From: Schizochytrium sp. TIO01
Taxonomy: Eukaryota; Protista; Bigyra: Labyrinthulomycetes
Reading direction: 5' to 3'
Assembly: GCA_004764695.1 (NCBI GenBank)
Contig: SMSO01000014.1
Coordinates: 5,466,845-5,530,844, forward strand
DNA: 64,000 nucleotides
Shown one piece after another: positions 11,745-25,100 of this stretch. The stretch's first letter is position 1. Every line of letters starts with the position of its first letter. The notes below the pieces were generated by a model. That model did not search any database. It was not told the origin of the DNA and was given only the letters and a program-made list of their open reading frames with translations. The position numbers were made by a program, and so were the translations under genes.

Positions 11745-13560
11745 AGCCCTTTCGGAGTATTCGGATGAGCGGGGTATCTTATATCCTCCGAGTTTTATCT
11801 GTGCAGAATTAGTTTCAACTTTTCCTTTCCTTATTTCATGGTGTGAAATCTGTAAACCCTCGCAATCGTGTTTCTCTTTTTTCGATGATAGTGAAAAGCA
11901 TTACTTGTTGTGAAAATCCAATGATTGGCAGATCATTGAAAGTGTTTGAAATTATTCCTAAGGATTCAAATTGAAAGCCTTCAAGTTTTATCTATATTTA
12001 TAAAATCAAATTTGTTCCCTCTTCATGAGTTGCAACCGTCATTTTTCTATAACTGTTGGTTAAAAAATCTGAGAATTGCCAATTATTTTTATCATTCACA
12101 AAAACATTGAGAGCCATTTCTGAGAATTCAGATTGAAAGCCTTCAGGTTTTATCTATATTTATAAAATCGAATTTGACGTCCCTTCTTCATGTTGCATGA
12201 TTTGAAACCCGTATAGAGAGTTACGACCGTTTTTTTTTTTAATTTTAAATTTACTGTTCGATAAAAATCTGAGAATTGTCAATTATTTTTACCATTAACA
12301 AGCATTGAGAGCCATTTCTGAATATTCAAATTGAAAGCCTTCAGGTTTTATCTATATTTGTTAAATCAAATTCGACATCTCTTCTTCATATTGCATGATC
12401 TGAAAAACGTAGAGAGGTGCGATCATATTTTATCCTTTACTGTTAGATAATCATTTGAGAGCTACCAAAAGTTAAAATTGGCAGACAATTTTTTTTTAAA
12501 TGCTGAGAGATATTTCTGGGTATTTGAATGAAGCATTTTGGCCCCTCCTGACAGTTGTAATTATTTCATGATGATAATGTCATTTGCATTTAAGAATGCG
12601 TGAAGAATGTAAGGCCTTGCCGACACCCCTGACTACTTTCATACTTTTTCCTTTTTCCTTTTTCAGTTGAGTAAAGGAGTGGCACTCGGTGTAAAGTCCA
12701 AAAGAGCCTCGAGAATGAATGAGAACATTCTGAGAGTTTTTTTCGGAGTATTCTGATGAATAATTTCTCCTAACTACCGAGTTTTAGTTTGAGTTTAAAG
12801 AACTCAGGCTTATAGCATTTCATCGTCATCCACAGAAATGTGAAATATGTAAAGCCTTGCACTAATGTCTTTTCCCTTCCTTTTTTTTTTTGCATTTCCT
12901 GAGAGAATTTGATGCAAATAAAAACCATCACCGAGCAAGAAGTAATTCGGAGAACCATCTTCAAAAGCAGCCTCCGAGTCTTATCTATCGCTCTGTAACA
13001 AAAAATGTCATTATCATTTCACTTTACATTTTAAAGGACGTGAAATTTGTAAAGCCTTGCTGTCATGTTTCCTTTATTATTTTCATGAAATATGAATCAG
13101 GGAGAGTGTTTTTATTCTTAGCCAAGTCGTACTTGCAAAGATTTCAAAGAGAAGCGGCCTTCTTCTCCCTTCCTTTTTTATTTTGCATTTCCTGAGAGAA
13201 TTTGATGCAAATAAAAACCATCACCGAGCAAGAAGCAATTCGGAGAATCATCTTCAAAAGCAGCCTCCGAGTCTTATCTATCGCTCTGTAACAGAAAATG
13301 TCATCATCATTTCACTTTACATTTTAAAGGACATGAAATTTGTAAAGCCTTGCTGTCATGTTTCCATTATTATTTTCATGAAACATGAATCAGGGAGAGT
13401 TTTTTTATTCTTTGCCAAGTCGTACTTGCAAAGATTTCAAGGAGAAGCGCCCTTCTTCGATTTTATGTGACTGATGGTTAAATATTGGAACAAAAAATTC
13501 AATAACATCGTTGGGAATAAAGCCTTCGAGTTCTGTTTTTTGAAACCCGTCATCACTCCA
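11745..13560. repeat. Degenerate AT-rich tandem array of related ~160-300 bp units
   Basis: Three copies of ATTCARATTGAAAGCCTTCARGTTTTATCTATATTT at 11964, 12126 and 12324. A near-identical 293-bp duplication spans ~12873-13458. GTGAAATNTGTAAAGCCTTGC-like submotifs occur at ~11843, 12600, 12840, 13040 and 13333, and TTCGGAGTATTC at 11751 and 12742. Confidence 0.85.
12873..13458. repeat. Recent 293-bp direct tandem duplication (2 copies)
   Basis: Track ORFs at 12890 and 13183 are offset by 293 nt and translate almost identically. Confidence 0.95.
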
Positions 13561-13569
13561 AAGAGAAAT

Positions 13570-14920
13570 GATGGATTTACATTAAAATTTTACGAAGTTT
13601 CTGGAAACTCCAATCGTTTTATTTCGCTTGTGAAAAGAACCTTGGTTTTTCTTTCAAACCTAGAGAGAGGAAAAACGCCTTTGAGATTCAACTGCTTATG
13701 ATTTACGATTGGAAATGTGTCCACCTGAAAATTCCTGGTGTCAGCATAGGAAAATGTCCTTGTCAAATTGAAATAGCATTCAAATACGGGAATACCAAAA
13801 ACAAAAGCGCACAGGAAGCATGTTCCCGATGGAACTTATTGGCTAGACCTAAATGAATGGACAGGGAGTGAGATAATCAGCGAAGCTATGCGACGTCCGA
13901 ATGCTTTGAATTTCAATTATTGTTTCATTTGTGGCACACAAAGCACCGACATGTTGAGGTGGCGTGTTGTAGCAGTGGGTCCCTTGCCTCATGGAGATTG
14001 TTTTGTGGTAAAAACTGTTTGACCGCAGTGTCATTAAACGAGCTCTTCTTGCAGTATGCACTATCCTCAGAGAGTCGGAGTGTTCGGCTCAATTCACTGT
14101 AGGATGGTTTTGCCAACAATTCGTTGAGAGGGAGTTTTCTGATACTAAGGCAGGGAGCGGTTGACAAATTCAGGTCTGCAGGTTTAAAAAGTGCTCATAC
14201 GATAGCCTCTAGCAGACTCGCTTTTAAACCTTAGAGAGCCATCCGAACCATTCATATTTTTCGATGCTTCTTTTTCAATTCTGCGTCGTGATTCATCTCA
14301 TATATCATCATCAATCTCTTTCATCATTCTTGCGGTAACTCTATTCATTAAATTCTCGATTATGGCAATCAAAGTAGAGTGTAAAGTGTTTAGTTGAAGA
14401 AATGGCCACCGCAAAACATTCAGCCTGATTAATAGCCAGCTAAGTTTTGCAGAAGAAAGATATGAAAGCGTGAGCAGGGCAGGAGTTGCAAGGATGTGGT
14501 CAGAGGCACAAAATGAAAACCCAGGTTTGAAGGGCAAAGAGTTTCCAACGTTTGCCTTTTCATAAATACCATCATGCATGAAGGCGACGAAGATTCTTGC
14601 AAGTATAATAAAATATTATTGAGCTTTGTTGTTGTGCACAATTAGGGTAGCTGCGGCGTTCCCACCGAAGCGTCCACAATCTGTGTAGAGTTGAGGTATG
14701 AAATAAGATCGGAGGGTCTTTGGTGACCTTCGGAGCTCAAGCAACCAGAAACAAATTCCTCCTGTTGTGTAAAAGCATGTTCCCACGAGCTTTCCTTCCA
14801 GATTTGTGAGAGAAGTGATATTCCAAACAGAGCTACTTCCAGGGTTTTGATTATCAGAGTACTACATAGTGGCGGTATTTTAAAGAAACCTTTTTCGGTG
14901 ACCTCCGAGCTCCGCTCCAA
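13570..14920. pseudogene. Possible decayed coding sequence of unknown family
   Basis: High-complexity sequence without microsatellites, with long frames broken by sparse stops on both strands. No recognisable motif, and the strand is unresolved. Confidence 0.2.
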
Positions 14921-17900
14921 CGTTGTGAAGAAAATAAAAAAATAAAAAGCAGAACTTTAGAAAATAAGAATATTACTACGCCCTCGGGTCACTTTCTCTA
15001 TCTTTCTAATAAGTGCTCCGCTTCAAGCTTGATTCGGAGTCAGCTACCAAGGTCATAGTTTTGCTATTTTCTACGAGTGATACCTTTGGCCTTTGTACAA
15101 CTAGTCTCACGAAACTTCGCCTAAGAATACTTGCAGTGCTGGTAGAAGCGAAACCCAGTAATTGCTACTTAGCTGTCTAAGGTACCCTCAAGTTCTTTAA
15201 CTTCCGCAAGTAGTCCTATTACTCCTTTAGTATTATCTTTAAGTAGCAGCCATCACCGTGGTGAAAGAGACCATTAGGCCCTACCCCTACTGCTTTATAG
15301 CGAAAAGACAGGCCTCCTCTCAGAAAGACACGCATAAAGCACTTTCAACATGGATTTTCTTCTCTCAAATGGTGCTATTTCCACCGCCTGTCGCTCTACT
15401 CTTGCTCCTCTTTAGCGCCAATAACCGCTTTCATCTTCAGTTTTCAAAATAAACAAGAAATCCCAATATGCATTGAGAGGTCACTTCCGACCCCCCTAAT
15501 ATTTCCTGGCGCTCGACTTAAAGTTCTCTTCGCTAAAGCCGCGAGTAATCTTCACCACGAACTCAGCTGTTGGGTTCTTTGGGGGGGGGGGGCACTTCAA
15601 CTGTGCAGCACTGCCAGCTGCCACAATAGGCCTTGTGGTTCTTGGTTCTTGCGTCAAGACCCTCCGTGCTGGCCCTCGCGAGGCTTCAAGAGGGGCTATT
15701 ACTACAGAAGTGCACTGTGAGTCGGAGGTGCGAAACGCTGGCTACCACCGAGGCATAACCGCTTAAGTTGTAACCTGTCTGCAACGTGCGTGCTTGTGGT
15801 CTTTAACAAGCAAGCCCTTTGCTTGTGACGTTATGCTTTGAAGACGCGGGGAGACCTTACGAGATTTCTGCTACGCTTGTTTCTGATCAGAGGCGTCGTG
15901 AATACCACCCTTTGCTTTGCTGTGCTTGAGAGTTTTATTTTGGTTTTGTTTTGGAGCTCGGAGGAGTATTAGGTAGTACCTCTAATGCCAAAACGATTGA
16001 GGAAACACGAAGAAAACTCGGAAGCCTTTTCATATCAGCGCGGGGCTTACACAGAAATATGTTGCAAAATAAAACTGGGTGTTTTTATCTTGCTCTTCTG
16101 ACCTTTTGCTTCAAGTTCTGAACGCGCTTATGCTGCTCGAGAGTGCTGGGAATACCTACGATCTCCGACCAACTTGGAACGAAACAGCCAGCCTTGCGTG
16201 ATTGCAGGGCCCCTCAGAGACGCTGGTGTCGCCCTGGATCCGTGCCAGTTCCTTACTTCGAAGTTGTCATTCTTACCTATTCATTCCATCCTGGAGCCAA
16301 TTATAGAATAGGCTTTGTGGATTGGACGAAGGCCAAGCCACTGCGGAGTGTTAGAGAAGTCTTTAACGTGTGGCGTCGATCGAGCCTTTGTCAAGTTTAT
16401 TTGCCTGATGAGAGTGCGACCGAAGGTGCACAAAGGCTCAGAGAAGACGTCCTAGTGGCGATGCCTCCCCTTTAATCGAGCAGTCCCTTCGTCGTCGTCA
16501 CGGCAATCATTTTGGTGTTTCGGAGGCGCATCAAACCAGATAAAACAACGGAGAACCTAGCCGCGAATAAAATCGAATAAAACCGAAATAATGTCTTTTA
16601 TGATCAAACTTCTGTTGAGAAACGAGTTTCCCATCTCAAGTGGTACCGCCAGTCCCTCCTAGCTAGGATGTCTTTAGGACTGTAGCACTGCTTCAAAGAA
16701 CAGAAATATAAAAGAAGGCGTAGTAATGTAATGGGCAAATAAATGATTAATTAAAAATGAATGAAAAAATAAATACTGAAGCGGGCCACCATCAACAAAC
16801 ACTCAGTGGGTATCCGTTCTCTTTTGTGGGTACCTGCTGCAGTACGATGTCGTCTCTTGTTTGTTGGGCAACACACGAAGCGCGATGTTTACGTAGCAAG
16901 AGTGAGCTTTGTGACATTTGTTGGTGAGCAATTGATGGGCAGAAATACTACACATCGTAGTGGTAGGTAGGTTCACATGGCTGCAATATGACTAGCTTTG
17001 GTAATAAACGTTTTCCGTGTGCTTGTTCATTTGTTTGGATAAATAAATAAATGAAGTTCATTAATGGAGAAGCTTACTCGGATGAAAAGAGGGAATGTTG
17101 TGAAGAAGTGGTTGCAAGCAGAGCTTTTGCAAACTGAGCATTCGCGATGAGGGTATCAGCCTACAGTCGATTACAAAGAAAATAGAAAATACCTACCTAC
17201 TTACTAACGACTCCCTGGTCCGTGGCGCGGAAGAAATCTTGGAGAGCGGCTTTGCTTTCTTTTTCAGATCGCTTGTTCTTATTTTCTATTGTAATCTGCA
17301 TGACGCCTAATTAGTCCACGGGAGGCGATTATTGTCATTACGTGAGGGACTTAACTTACCTACTGTGAATGCTCCCTAACCTTTTTTTTTTTTTTTTTCT
17401 TTTCATGAAAATTGTGTCCGGAAACTTTAAATGAAAAATGAAAATGCCGATGTGCTTACAAAAAACACTCTGAGCACTTTCGAAACGCCAAAATTAGTTT
17501 TGCGCTCTAAGAGCAACATGCTATGTTCGAGTGTTTTCATAAGCTGATATCATAGAACTTGAGCTCATATGAATATAAGCTGAGCGCTTTGACTAAAGAG
17601 CACATGAGTTTTAGACGGATAAACTAAAGACTTTCATGGTTCAAGTCAAAGTCGCATCTCTCTTTTAAGATTATCAAAACTAAATGATAATAGAGCGAAA
17701 AAGAAAAGAAAAAGTCTAATTAGAAAGTAGCACCGCCACGTTGTAGTTACAGAAACCTTTGAGTCCACCCTCGTTCAAGACAAAACAACGTTTACACTTC
17801 GAAAGCTTAATATGTGTTGCTCTTCGTCTTTCCTTTGCTTTTCTAGAAGCGAATCTCGAGAAGGGGCCGCGTTGCTCTCTGCCTAAGATGCTTCACCACG

Positions 17901-18924
17901 TCGTACATCACAGAGAGAGGGACGTAGGTACCTACCATGGCCTTTTCCAGGCATGATCTGATTTTAAAGCGTTTTCCTTCGGATATTTCCATACCTGGTT
18001 TCTTACAAGGGGTTACAAAAGAACAATTTTAGTCGGAAAATCACTTTAAAACAAAAAAACGAAAACCAACCCATCTTCAGCACCCATAGTTAAAAACGAC
18101 ATCTTTGAAAGAACAAGAATAGTGCCGCTGTCCTCCACTATGTAGAGAGAAAGAAGCCTTTATCATTCATTCATTGAATCCTATCGCTTGTTTAATCCAA
18201 ACGCAGCCTCGGGTAAAACCACACCAAAGCCTCGTTTCTTGCGCTTCTTCTTTGAAAACCGGTGTGTCTCTTGGCGGTCCTCGTGCTAAGGCCTTCTCGA
18301 GGCTAGACTCCAGCCAACTTAACGACTCCTCTCACTTCCGCAAGAGAGCCTCTTCCGGGCCGATTGAGCCTCAATCGGTGCCAAGTCTTCAGCCGCGTTC
18401 TTCAATCTATCGCCAAAAGCCTCGACTTCGAGTGCAATGAATCAATCAATGAATGAATCAATCAATCAATCAATCAATCAAAGAAACTGATTATAGAATA
18501 GGCACCACTCTTCATACTACTATATACTGCCACTCCTATTACAACCTCAGTCTCCCTAGTATTCCCATAATCCACGGAGAGGAGAGAGAGAAAGGGTCGA
18601 AGAGAGAGAATAAAACAGCAGCAACAACAAAAGAAGGAGAAGAGAGAGAAAGAGAGAGAAGGCAAAGCGTTCCTTTTTCTTTTTTCTCAAGCTGGCGCCG
18701 CTGCCGCTGCCTCGAGGCCGTCGGGGCCTGCTCGCGTCGGTGTATCTGTGGCGCCTGTGTACCCGTCCACGCAGCGCTGCTCCTGACTCACACGCCGCAG
18801 CTGCAGGGCCTGAGGCGCCGCCAACACAGTCGCCGCGACGCCGTTTGCCTCTTCGCGCGCCTCTCGGACCTGCCTTCGAAGCCACAGGAGCAGTGAAAGG
18901 GGGAAAAGTAGAGAGCTCCCACAA

Positions 18925-19165
<241 letters not shown>

Positions 19166-22100
19166 CTCCCAAGAGGGCTCGGCTTCGGGCCCTCACAGCT
19201 GGCGCTTGATTCCTTGCTTGATTAAGCCCTCTTCCCGGCGCCAAAGCCGCGGCGCCTTGGCCTCTTAGCTGCGGAGCCTTCGTTCATAGGAGACAGAGGC
19301 GAGGAACCCATTGATCTGTCGCGCTTCGCCCTTCTTTGTGAGGGAAGGAGGCCGCCTCTGGACGCCCATAGGACGCACTATCCACCACAGCGGGAGAGTT
19401 TTATCTTGGCAAGAAACGTCCGGCGCTCCTCACCACACCCACTGATTTCCTTCTGAGGAGAGGAGCTGTGGGGACCAGGCCTACAAACCGCACAGAACTC
19501 TCCAGACACACCCCTCAGCCGCGCCGGCACCCTTCAATGAGGTGACTTGAGGGGGTACCCTGGCATCCTCCTCTCGCCGCCCCGTCCGGTAAGAAGTACT
19601 ATATGTAACTAGCGCTCGCCTGCATAGGACTTCGCTACTGGGATGCTACCTGCCGTGGGCTGCCGTAGCGCGCCTAGCAGTACTAGGCAGAAGGTCAGAA
19701 GGCCGCAAATTAGGCCTCCCGGCTCAAGTTTTGGGGCGATTGCAACCGCAACAAAGGTCTGTTCACCACATGAGAGCGGCCTGTCGGGCTCCTAGTGCCA
19801 CGGAGGAGGCATTAATCGGGGACGCGAGCAAGCTTCGAGTCGACCTGGAATGGCTTGCTTTCATGCATCCGTGTGGTTTTACTAGTATTTCTTTTACCTT
19901 TCCTTTTACTTTTACTTTTCGCATAGATGATTAGTATGACGGGTTGGCTATCAATGAAATGAAGGAAGGCACAAGTCCAAATTTGTTTCTTTGTTTCTGG
20001 GATGTGTCGGTGAAAAGGGAAAAGCCTCAAGGCTTTCGCGTTTGTTGCGATAACAGGTGATATAGAAAGCCTTAGGTGGAGGCGTTTACAGATATGTATG
20101 TTCGCGAGGGGAGTTTGGCAGCAGGCTTTTCCCGCGCACCCTACCAGTGAGTACCTCGGTAATAAGTTATTTATAATAAGATCGCACAATTGCTTTCGTC
20201 ATTCAAAGCTTATGAAATTAATGAGTAAATCATGAAAAGAAAATGAAAAAAAGGTAAGTAGCATTATTTTTCAAGTACTAGTGCTTAATTTATCTTTCGA
20301 ATTTAAAACAAACAAACAAATAAACAAACGAAAAAGACATGAAAAAAAATATGAGTTTCGTCTTCTTGACAGGTTGTCATCGTTTACAAACTTTTTGTAC
20401 AAAGGGCCTGCAGCCACCTTGTTACATTTTTTAATTTATTCTTTTAAAAAGTAGAATTGTTATTGTTGTTCTTGTTCTTGTTCTTGTTCAGGTATCAATG
20501 ATCATTCTCTATCAAAAGAAAATCACACGTCGGCTGTTGAGAGGTTAGGAGCAATTAACGACAACGTAGACTGAAAAACTGTACTTTGTAAATCCTTGGA
20601 CTACCTATTTGTTCTTGAAAAAGTCCTGCAACCAGCGAATTGTAGGTAGGTATCCGCAACAACCTAGACATAACTCACACTCCAATCATTTGAATGCTAC
20701 CTACTCGAGTAAGAAAACCAATATATGGCAAAAGCAAAATGCTTGAAAGAGACTTTGCTAGCTAACTCTGAAGAAAGAACAAAGCAACGAAATTGAAATC
20801 GGTGCTATATTTCATATCGAATCCCAAATCTAATAAATAATAGAAACGAAACCTTTCGCAATGCAAGAAGTGCGTATTCTTCTCTACTCGAAGTTTCAAG
20901 ACTCATGGTGGTCGATGGCTGATTAACAATCTAATGAGTAAAGCATCATGCCACTCCGTACCAAAGGCAAGGGGTCCACTGCTCTCTTTGTATAATTCCA
21001 GCTAGCAGCCGCATTTAGATGAGAGCGAATGAGAGCGAATGAGAGCTACTTGCGAGAGATGAGGTGAAATAAGCTATATAGCCCCGGATTATGTAGCACG
21101 CGGCATTTCTCGGAGCGTTTAATAAACGGGAATACGATTTTTCGAGGTCTGAGTAATTAAAGTGCACAGAATATGATCTCCTCCTTCTCCCATCCGTCTC
21201 ATGATCACGTCGCAGACGGCGAAGGCAAATGCCGATTTTACTCTTTATACATAGAATTTGGGCCTTGTTTAATTTAAATAAATTGAGCCAAGTCTGTCTT
21301 GAAAGTCGATCATCGAAATCTTTGCCAGTTGGCTTGAAAACTGACGAAGATTAATGAGGCATAACAGGTATAATTTGTTACATGTGTCATTTCTAAACTA
21401 TACTATACAGCAAGAGGTTCGATTGCGTAGGCGCATGGATGTTGTTTTGAGGCCACGCACGGTGGTTTAAGTGTACTCCTATGTGCTCGTCATTGGGTGA
21501 TCTTAAATCAGGTTAGACCATGCAGCAGTTCCTTTTTCTATGTTTACGTACCTAAGATTATGCGAATATTTTTTTTGTTCTTTTTTCTTTCGATTGGCTC
21601 CAGCAGATAAACTTGCTTCTATTATTTTTGTTCGCATGCAAAACTTGTCATGTGATGAAATGTGACTCAGTTCCATGCAATTTATGAAGGCAAACGTTAA
21701 GTGAAGGACTACTACATGAGACACCCGAAGCAGATTCCACTCCTCTTGACCATTCAATACAGGTAAATAACCGACTCCCAGTAAGAATTGGATCCTTTCG
21801 ACGATTGCATTATTAAAACTGTCTCCAAAAGGAGCAAAGTTTTTTGCTTAAAAGAAAATAGGTCAACAAATTTTCGAGGGTAGCAGCATAGTGTTAGGTA
21901 ATATGATGACAGGATATGGTGTTTTCTTATAGGTTTGCAATCAATGAATCAATGAATGAATCGATCGATCGATGGATCAATCGTCAATCCCGAAAAGGTT
22001 TGAGGTCTGGGTGGAGCAAACTCAATTTAGCAAGAGATAACGACAAGGCGATTATCTTTAAAACGTGCGTGAAATTAAAAGTTATTATTTGCAACCTCCC

Positions 22101-25100
22101 TCTCTAATCATATTCGACACAAAAAGTTAACAGAGGGTACAACAATGGAAAACAGTTATATTCTTTAACCGAATAATATTTTGCTTATAAAACAAGCATA
22201 GTTGGCAATCATAGGTGTCTCCTGTAAAAATATTAGCTGGCCGGACGTTTTATTTGCAAACTTGAAAGGTAGTACCATTCTGTTTTCTCTAGTAGTTTTC
22301 ATATACTCCGGCTCATGAATGGTGTTTTGCAACGAAGAGCTGCTTGGATGCCTTTTCTTTCAATCATATTCTTTCAAAAGTGGAAGATATAAACATAAAT
22401 GAAATAATAGTCGTTTGGCTGACTTTTAATGAGGACAATCGTCAGTAGGTATCGCTACAGCTCGCGACTTATGCTCAATACTTTCACGGTGCAGTGCTTA
22501 AACATACTCGAAACAAAGCTCAACGATCCAGCTTCGAAAAACCACCACCACCAACAGCAACAACAACAGCAAAAGTCAACTCCACAAAGCCAACCAGAAT
22601 GCGTTGGGTTCCTAATTTGTCCTCTCTTCTGTAACACTACTAGGACATTTAAAAAAACAAACAAGAAAACTATGACCATTAAAAAAAATTGTTCGTACAA
22701 GCTTTTCACAGGAGCGTTCAAATTATTATATTCAAGTTGATTGGCTCTTCTTTTCCCCGGCACAATATGACTAACGAGAAATTAGAATTCGCGTGTTTTC
22801 TCGTGGCCAGTGTTAGTCGATCCTTCGAGTGCTTTGCTCGTTCAACGAAGGCTCTTTCGTCACGCATTGCTTTTGCTTCACGGGCGTCGCAATGTGGAAC
22901 AAGCGAAAAAGAGGCCGCACCTGCTTTGTGCTCCTTGCACCTTCAAAGGGGGAGGGACAGTAACCCCGAACTTTCACGAAACTTAGCTCTCAGATCTCAC
23001 ATTGCTGCACATGACCTGAGCGAGAGGACGCACTCCTCTCTTCTCAATCCCGCGACGACGGTATACGTAGATCGATCTCCAAAAGAAGAAGAGAAGAAGA
23101 AGAAGAGGAATCTTCGCTGAGATGAGACTCCGTGTCTTGGCTCTTTGTCTTCAGATAGAGGCGGCAAATCAAGAGGCAAATGAATCAGAGCAGACAGAGA
23201 TCGATCATAGAGAGAGATAATACTATTCGTTCGCGCTTTTGGCCGTGGTCGTGTTATTGCTCTCACGATTATAATTCGTCGAAATAAGAAACTAACTAAA
23301 AGAGCAAAGCTTAAGTAAAACCTGGAAAAGGAGGAGGGGAAAACGCTAGTTCTTTGGAGTCTGAGGGGGGGATCAGATGTGGGAAATTCGTACCCCGCAG
23401 AGACTGCTTTTGAAATATGTCAGAGGAGAAAAAAAAAAACAATTCTGTGTTAATTTGAAAATATTTTTTATTTATTTTTTACGGAGATCGAGAATAATCC
23501 GTAGGTACCTCAGGCCTCGTGTCTTCGCCTGTCATTTATCCCACAGCTTCAGAAGCATTTTATTCAGTTTGGAAGCTGGACATGCCCCACAGCGACTGGA
23601 AAGGTGCAGACAGAGAAATAAGATCAACTGCTGCATTGGGCGAAAAAGACGCCCTGATCCTAAGGAGCCTTACAAGCGCATCTAGTTGGGTCGCCTCCAC
23701 TTATCTAATGCTCCGGTAGGCTACCAGAAGCCAGTATTTTGAGGGTTCCACGAAGCTCTACGCAAGCTAGTCATGAGTCTATCTGAGCCTTTCCCGTCTC
23801 TTGACCCGGAGACTCTACATGCCCTTCCGAGCGACTTCTCCTGCTTCTTTTAAGTATATTTTGATTGCTCCTTTTGTCTTCTTCTCCGCCCTCCTTGCCT
23901 TGATTTCTATTTTTTAATATTAAAAAGAGATTATAGAAGTTAAAACAGTATTAACCCAGATGTTTTTTTTTTTTTTCTTTTTTTTTTTTTCTAAAATATT
24001 AATAATAAGAGAATAATACTGTTATTATTATTATTTCTGTTATTGTGATTATTGAATTTAAAAATTGTAAATTGTGTTTCGTTGGAAAATAAGTATTTCA
24101 AAATCGGATTTAAATCAAATTAAAGCTCTTATTTGGAAGTTAAGTTTTCTGGTTTTCATTCGCGATATTTCTTTTCTTTTTCTTTTTAAGAGAGGAGAAA
24201 GAAAGGGCTTCGTTTTGTCCGTGTCCAAATAATTACTAATTAAACACAGCCTGCAGAAGGGAGGCGTGCAGAACAACACGCAAAAGAAAGATTTTTCATT
24301 CATAGTCTGTCGCGGTCTGCTCGATGTCTTTTTTCTCCGCGCGTTGCCTTCTCCGTCCACTTGCCGCAAAACAGAACAGGGGGGCAGACATATCTCACTC
24401 AAAATATAATGTAGAAGAGAAAACAGAAAAAAATAGTCACACTACAAAAATCTTATCTCAACCCTTCAACCGACTAACAAAATCGCCCTCCCTCTCAACA
24501 ATAGTCGCGCGTACTTGGCAACTTCCAAAACCGGTTTTTGTCTTTGCTGGTTACTGCTTTGAGTTTCCCACAGTCCCCAACCCCTTATTGGTATTCTGCG
24601 GACTTGCCCATGCTAAGATGTTTCGCGACTTCCAGCCTCCTCTCTCTCTGCTTCGGTGCCGGGCTTATTATTGCCCACGCATACTCTGACATACCGACTC
24701 GCCAAACAGCGGGACTCCACTCGCATACACGGAGTGGAGCCTGAAAGAAGCGGTGTCCGGAGGTGGCGTGCAGGAGTTTCTTCTTACTCTAGTCCCTAAA
24801 GCTGCGAGAAAGAGCGCGAAGGGCTCTGCGGTAGGGTGAAAGAAAGGGAAAACGGGGATGATTTTCTTTTCCTTTTTCCATTTCTTTCCCTTTCTTTCCC
24901 TGTCTGTTCTTCCTTTATTTTTTATATAGGAAAAAGAGAAGATGCTCTGCGTAATGTTTTGTGCGAGTTTGCGAACAGACAGCCCTGCTCTTGAATCAAA
25001 CCTGATTGTCAAAGGATAATGCATGAATGCAGTGAAAGCGCTTTATGGCACACGGGACCCGTTGTGTATTTCAGAATTTCTCCAGGCATCTTTGAGCGCA

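Noticed and set aside
11745-13560. CRISPR-like or TE interpretation of the repeat array, and a RanBP1-like reading (ARLYxFH, DKT, RIL) on the minus strand
   Set aside because: Units are long and degenerate with no unique spacers, terminal repeats or transposase. The RanBP1-like words occur in the wrong order.
15848-15913. Resemblance to the 23S rRNA L1-stalk region (GGGAGAC...GAGGCGTCGTGAATACCACCCTTT)
   Set aside because: Short, gapped match from memory; the pairing partner is imperfect and there is no flanking rRNA similarity. An Infernal/blastn search would settle it.
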